This document shows, one piece after another, positions 28,844 to 32,000 of a DNA stretch of 32,000 nt. The position numbers and the translations under genes were made by a program. Every line of letters begins with the position of its first letter. Positions within the stretch are counted from its first letter, which is position 1. Origin of the DNA: Candidatus Atelocyanobacterium thalassa isolate ALOHA (GTDB lineage Bacteria > Cyanobacteriota > Cyanobacteriia > Cyanobacteriales > Microcystaceae). The notes under the pieces were generated by a model. It saw only the letters and a list, made by a program, of their open reading frames with translations, was not told where the DNA came from and searched no databases. The DNA is taken from NCBI RefSeq assembly GCF_000025125.1, contig NC_013771.1, positions 210,001-242,000 of the forward strand, read 5' to 3'.

Positions 28844-30383
28844 TTTTATGGGGCTTTACTAAATAAATATAATATTTCTCATTATAGATGAAAGATTTCA
28901 TAAATTTTTTTAGTAATACAATATCTAAATTATCGGAATATTCTAATAATTCATGATTTAGAATAAGTAAAATATTTTCATTCTGATTTAAAATTCTTTT
29001 TTCTATTTGACTTATAATCTCCAAATCATTAGTAGGTTGTCGAGAATTATTAAATAATACATAACTACCCATTTTTTTTGTTTCAGGATAATAAATTTTT
29101 TTATTGAGATACCCACTAATAGGAGCTATAGTGAAATCTTCACTTCCAAATATTAGATAATCATCTAGGTTATTTTGTTGAATAAAATTTGCTGTCATTC
29201 TGCTACTAGAATATGGAATAGATAAATCTCTACTAAAGGCAACTATACCTGCTATTACCTGTAACCATAATATGATTCCAATAACATACTTTCTGTAAGA
29301 CACAAGAAATTCTGTTATTTTAGAAAAAGAATTTAAAAAACGGACAAATATATTTTCTAGATATTTTTTATGCAATCTTACATCATCGCAACTATTTTCT
29401 ATCCACAAAGAACTGATAAGAATAATATATAAATGTCCATAATGTCTTTGTGAGCCTAAAAATTTAATATAGGTAAAAATAATAATTTCTAAGCTTCCTA
29501 CTAAATAAAAGCAAAGAGCTACTGGCTTTTGAATAAACGATAATAAAATACAACTAAATAAAATAATAGATAAAAAAGAAAAAAAGATTAGGTCTAATAT
29601 TTTTGAGTCACTTGGAATAATTACCATAATATAGCTACGCCATATTCTATTAACTGTTTGAAGCAAGCGATTTATATCAAAATTTAAAAACCATTGATTT
29701 GCACCGCCTTGTAATGTGCTATCAATAGGAGGTAGTAATGTAAAAACTGAAATACTTACTCCTATAATTAAAATTAATATAGATATTATTATGTGAGCTT
29801 TTTTAGCCTCTATTGTATAACCTAAATATTTTTTAAAGCAGTATTCAAAAAATAACGTAATACCTAGTGCTATCGATATCAATAAACAATAAGCATTAGT
29901 ATTTGCCATAAAAGCTAGAATAAAAGCCAAAGTAACATAGTTCCTATGTCTACTTCTGATCTGAAAGCATGTACAAAATAAGAAAATTGATAAAATTCCA
30001 AAAGCATAATTACGACTAATCAGAGAATATTCATATAGAGGGAAATAACCAAAACTAAATAATACTTTTTGTAATGTATTAAAAGGAGCGTATATGATAA
30101 AAATAGATAATGTAGCAACAGATATTAACCAATGAACAACTTGCATTATTATTGGATTAGCCGTGAATTTATTTAAAAACCATAACAAGAAATACCATAA
30201 TAAGGGGTGCCCTTCATATTTAACGCTTTCAAAGAAATCAAAAAAGGAAGAGCTATCTCGTGCAATCAACCAACCATTCAATTCATCACGCCACATAGAA
30301 TGATTTAGAATTCCAATGAATGTAATGATAGCAAAAGTTATTATTAAGACTATTTCAATCTTCTTCTTCTGTTTCAACAGCAT
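28836..30383 (-). CDS. polytopic membrane protein, probable divergent GT-C-like glycosyltransferase
   Basis: 515-aa ORF with an ATG start. It has more than 10 hydrophobic segments. The first-loop pattern MWRDELNGW ... YEGHPLLWYFLLW parallels the DE ... PPL pattern of the downstream gene. Its stop overlaps the next start (ATGATTAG, 28836-28843). Confidence 0.55.
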   Translation of the reverse strand: MLLKQKKKIEIVLIITFAIITFIGILNHSMWRDELNGWLIARDSSSFFDFFESVKYEGHPLLWYFLLWFLNKFTANPIIMQVVHWLISVATLSIFIIYAPFNTLQKVLFSFGYFPLYEYSLISRNYAFGILSIFLFCTCFQIRSRHRNYVTLAFILAFMANTNAYCLLISIALGITLFFEYCFKKYLGYTIEAKKAHIIISILILIIGVSISVFTLLPPIDSTLQGGANQWFLNFDINRLLQTVNRIWRSYIMVIIPSDSKILDLIFFSFLSIILFSCILLSFIQKPVALCFYLVGSLEIIIFTYIKFLGSQRHYGHLYIILISSLWIENSCDDVRLHKKYLENIFVRFLNSFSKITEFLVSYRKYVIGIILWLQVIAGIVAFSRDLSIPYSSSRMTANFIQQNNLDDYLIFGSEDFTIAPISGYLNKKIYYPETKKMGSYVLFNNSRQPTNDLEIISQIEKRILNQNENILLILNHELLEYSDNLDIVLLKKFMKSFIYNEKYYIYLVKPHKND

Positions 30384-31133
30384 AAATTTTTAATTAATAT
30401 AATTTAAAAAATGTGAGTAAAAATTAATATAAAAAAACTATTCTAAAAAATAGTTTGTTAGCTAAAAAAGTTAGTTATTTAGATCATTATGATTCGTTAT
30501 GGATACAAAAATTTTGGCTTTTATATTAAGAAAATAAAATATGATAATTAGTTTGTTGTATTAAAGATAGCTAATTACTACATGAAAAGAGCTAATATTA
30601 AGTTCTTTTGTTACTAATGCTACGTATTTAAGACTTTGACAAGAGTTATTATTGAGATAACACAAAATTACATTAAAAAAATTAAATGTTTAAATTGTCA
30701 AGCATACCAATATTGTAAATTTTGTAGTTAAATGAATAAGTAAAGTTGTTTATTTTTTAAACTTTCATGATTTTTTGTAATGACAGTTAAAAATGTTATT
30801 GTATGACTTATCAATAAGGATCTAGGCTAATATTTAGAAAATTAATTAAATTAATAATTGTACCTATAAGATAAAAAAGTTCTTCTATAGTTGTATGTAA
30901 TAGGTTCAATTAATGATTTGAGAGCTAGTCAGTCAAATAAAATTCTGATAAGAGCATTTTGATAAAAAAAAATATAAATTGATTCTTTACTACCCATTCA
31001 TGGCAAAAACCGCCATAATAAAAAAGTCAGGAAAGAATTAAAAAATTTACTGTAAATAGTAGAAAATTTAAATGTATCATTCTTGGCTGTTAGAAATATT
31101 TATTAATCTCTTGGTGTGAGGAAATTAAGAACT

Positions 31134-32000
31134 GTGTCGTTTAAAACTATTCGACAAAAACAAAATAATAAAAAATTCTCGATTATTGATAATTCTTTTA
31201 TTCGAGAAACCTTTTTTGTTGTTAAAAAAACTACTTTAGGACTTAGCCTGCTAACGACTTCCATGGTTGCCGGAGGGTTGGTAGGTTTGGCTATTAGTTT
31301 TCGAGATTTACCGAATGTACGTACTCTTAGTAACTACTCTCCATCAGAAACTAGCTATGTTTATGATATAAAAGGTAAGTTGATATCTCGACTTCATGGT
31401 GAAGCAAATCGTGAAGCTGTAGCATTTAAACAAATTTCACCTCACTTAAAACGTGCAGTTTTAGCAATTGAAGATAGTCATTTTTATTTACACCATGGAA
31501 TTAATCCTAACAGTATCGGAAGAGCTATGTGGGTTAATTGGAAAAGTGGTGGAGTAGTAGAAGGCGCATCAACTTTAACTATGCAGTTGGTTAAAAACAT
31601 TTTTTTGAGTAGCGATCGCACCTTTAGCAGAAAGTTATCTGAAGCAGTTTTAGCAATTCGCATAGAACAAGTATTTTCGAAAAACCAAATCATGGAAATG
31701 TATCTCAATAATATTTATTGGGGACATAATAATTATGGTGCACAAACTGCAGCACAAAGCTACTTTAATAAATCAGCTGCTAAGTTGAATTTACCAGAAG
31801 CAGCTCTCATAGCAGGTCTAATTCAAGCTCCAGAAACACACAGTCCTTTTTTTGATTATCAAAAAGCAAAAAAAAGACAAAAAGTTGTTCTTGATCGTAT
31901 GGCTGCTTTAGGATGGATTACTGAGAAAGAAGCTGCAATAGCCTATAAAACATCTTTAAAAATTGGAAAACCAACTTCGTGGCAAGCTAGTAAATTACCT
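31134..32000 (+). CDS. class A penicillin-binding protein (PBP1A-type), N-terminal TM plus GT51 transglycosylase domain; partial, continues past the window end
   Basis: I translated this by hand and found 289 codons open to the window edge; it is absent from the ORF track because it has no stop. An in-frame stop lies at 31104-31106. The GTG at 31134 is preceded by GAGGA (31118-31122). It has the TM LGLSLLTTSMVAGGLVGLAI and the GT51 motifs EDSHFYLHHGI, GASTLTMQLVKN and RKLSEAVLAIRIEQVFSKNQIMEMYLN. Confidence 0.85.
   Translation, partial: MSFKTIRQKQNNKKFSIIDNSFIRETFFVVKKTTLGLSLLTTSMVAGGLVGLAISFRDLPNVRTLSNYSPSETSYVYDIKGKLISRLHGEANREAVAFKQISPHLKRAVLAIEDSHFYLHHGINPNSIGRAMWVNWKSGGVVEGASTLTMQLVKNIFLSSDRTFSRKLSEAVLAIRIEQVFSKNQIMEMYLNNIYWGHNNYGAQTAAQSYFNKSAAKLNLPEAALIAGLIQAPETHSPFFDYQKAKKRQKVVLDRMAALGWITEKEAAIAYKTSLKIGKPTSWQASKLP

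Noticed and set aside
31484-31708. Track ORF 31484-31708(-), 74 aa
   Set aside because: It is antisense to the hand-translated PBP transglycosylase frame, which carries canonical GT51 motifs.

Overview
This window looks like ordinary core chromosome of a very AT-rich, probably genome-reduced unicellular cyanobacterium. The protein set resembles Crocosphaera/Cyanothece/UCYN-A-type homologues as I recall them, but I cannot verify the organism without a database search. I call 24 protein-coding genes. They cover housekeeping and envelope or plastid-lineage functions: aas-like acyl synthetase, VanY-type peptidase, coaE, an ABC sugar permease, a Tic21-like protein, a Ycf20-like protein, glucokinase, a GH3 glycosidase, rbfA, thiS, thiE, tal, DUF3172-like and DUF4359-like proteins, scpA, an NDP-sugar pyrophosphorylase, an LpxB-related protein, sqdB, a benzoquinol methyltransferase, mnmG, a CPBP protease, two GT-C-like membrane proteins, and a partial class A PBP that runs off the 3' edge and is missing from the ORF track. 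I found no rRNA, tRNA, CRISPR array, transposase, integrase or recognisable defence system, and I do not think the window holds a clear novel system. The unexplained features are: two long perfect palindromes (41-bp arms at 6367-6459; 52 nt at 22217-22268); a pair of mutually exclusive hairpins at 2170-2260; six ORF-free spacers of about 0.5-1 kb that are extremely AT-rich (2006-2817, 3595-4565, 8183-8697, 20520-21022, 23279-23766, 30384-31133); a tightly packed minus-strand gene cluster of two GT-C-like proteins plus a CPBP protease, divergent from the PBP gene; an isolated pair of exported proteins of unknown function; and a 29-bp overlap of convergent genes. All functional calls rest on motifs I read in the translations plus remembered family knowledge, not on searches.
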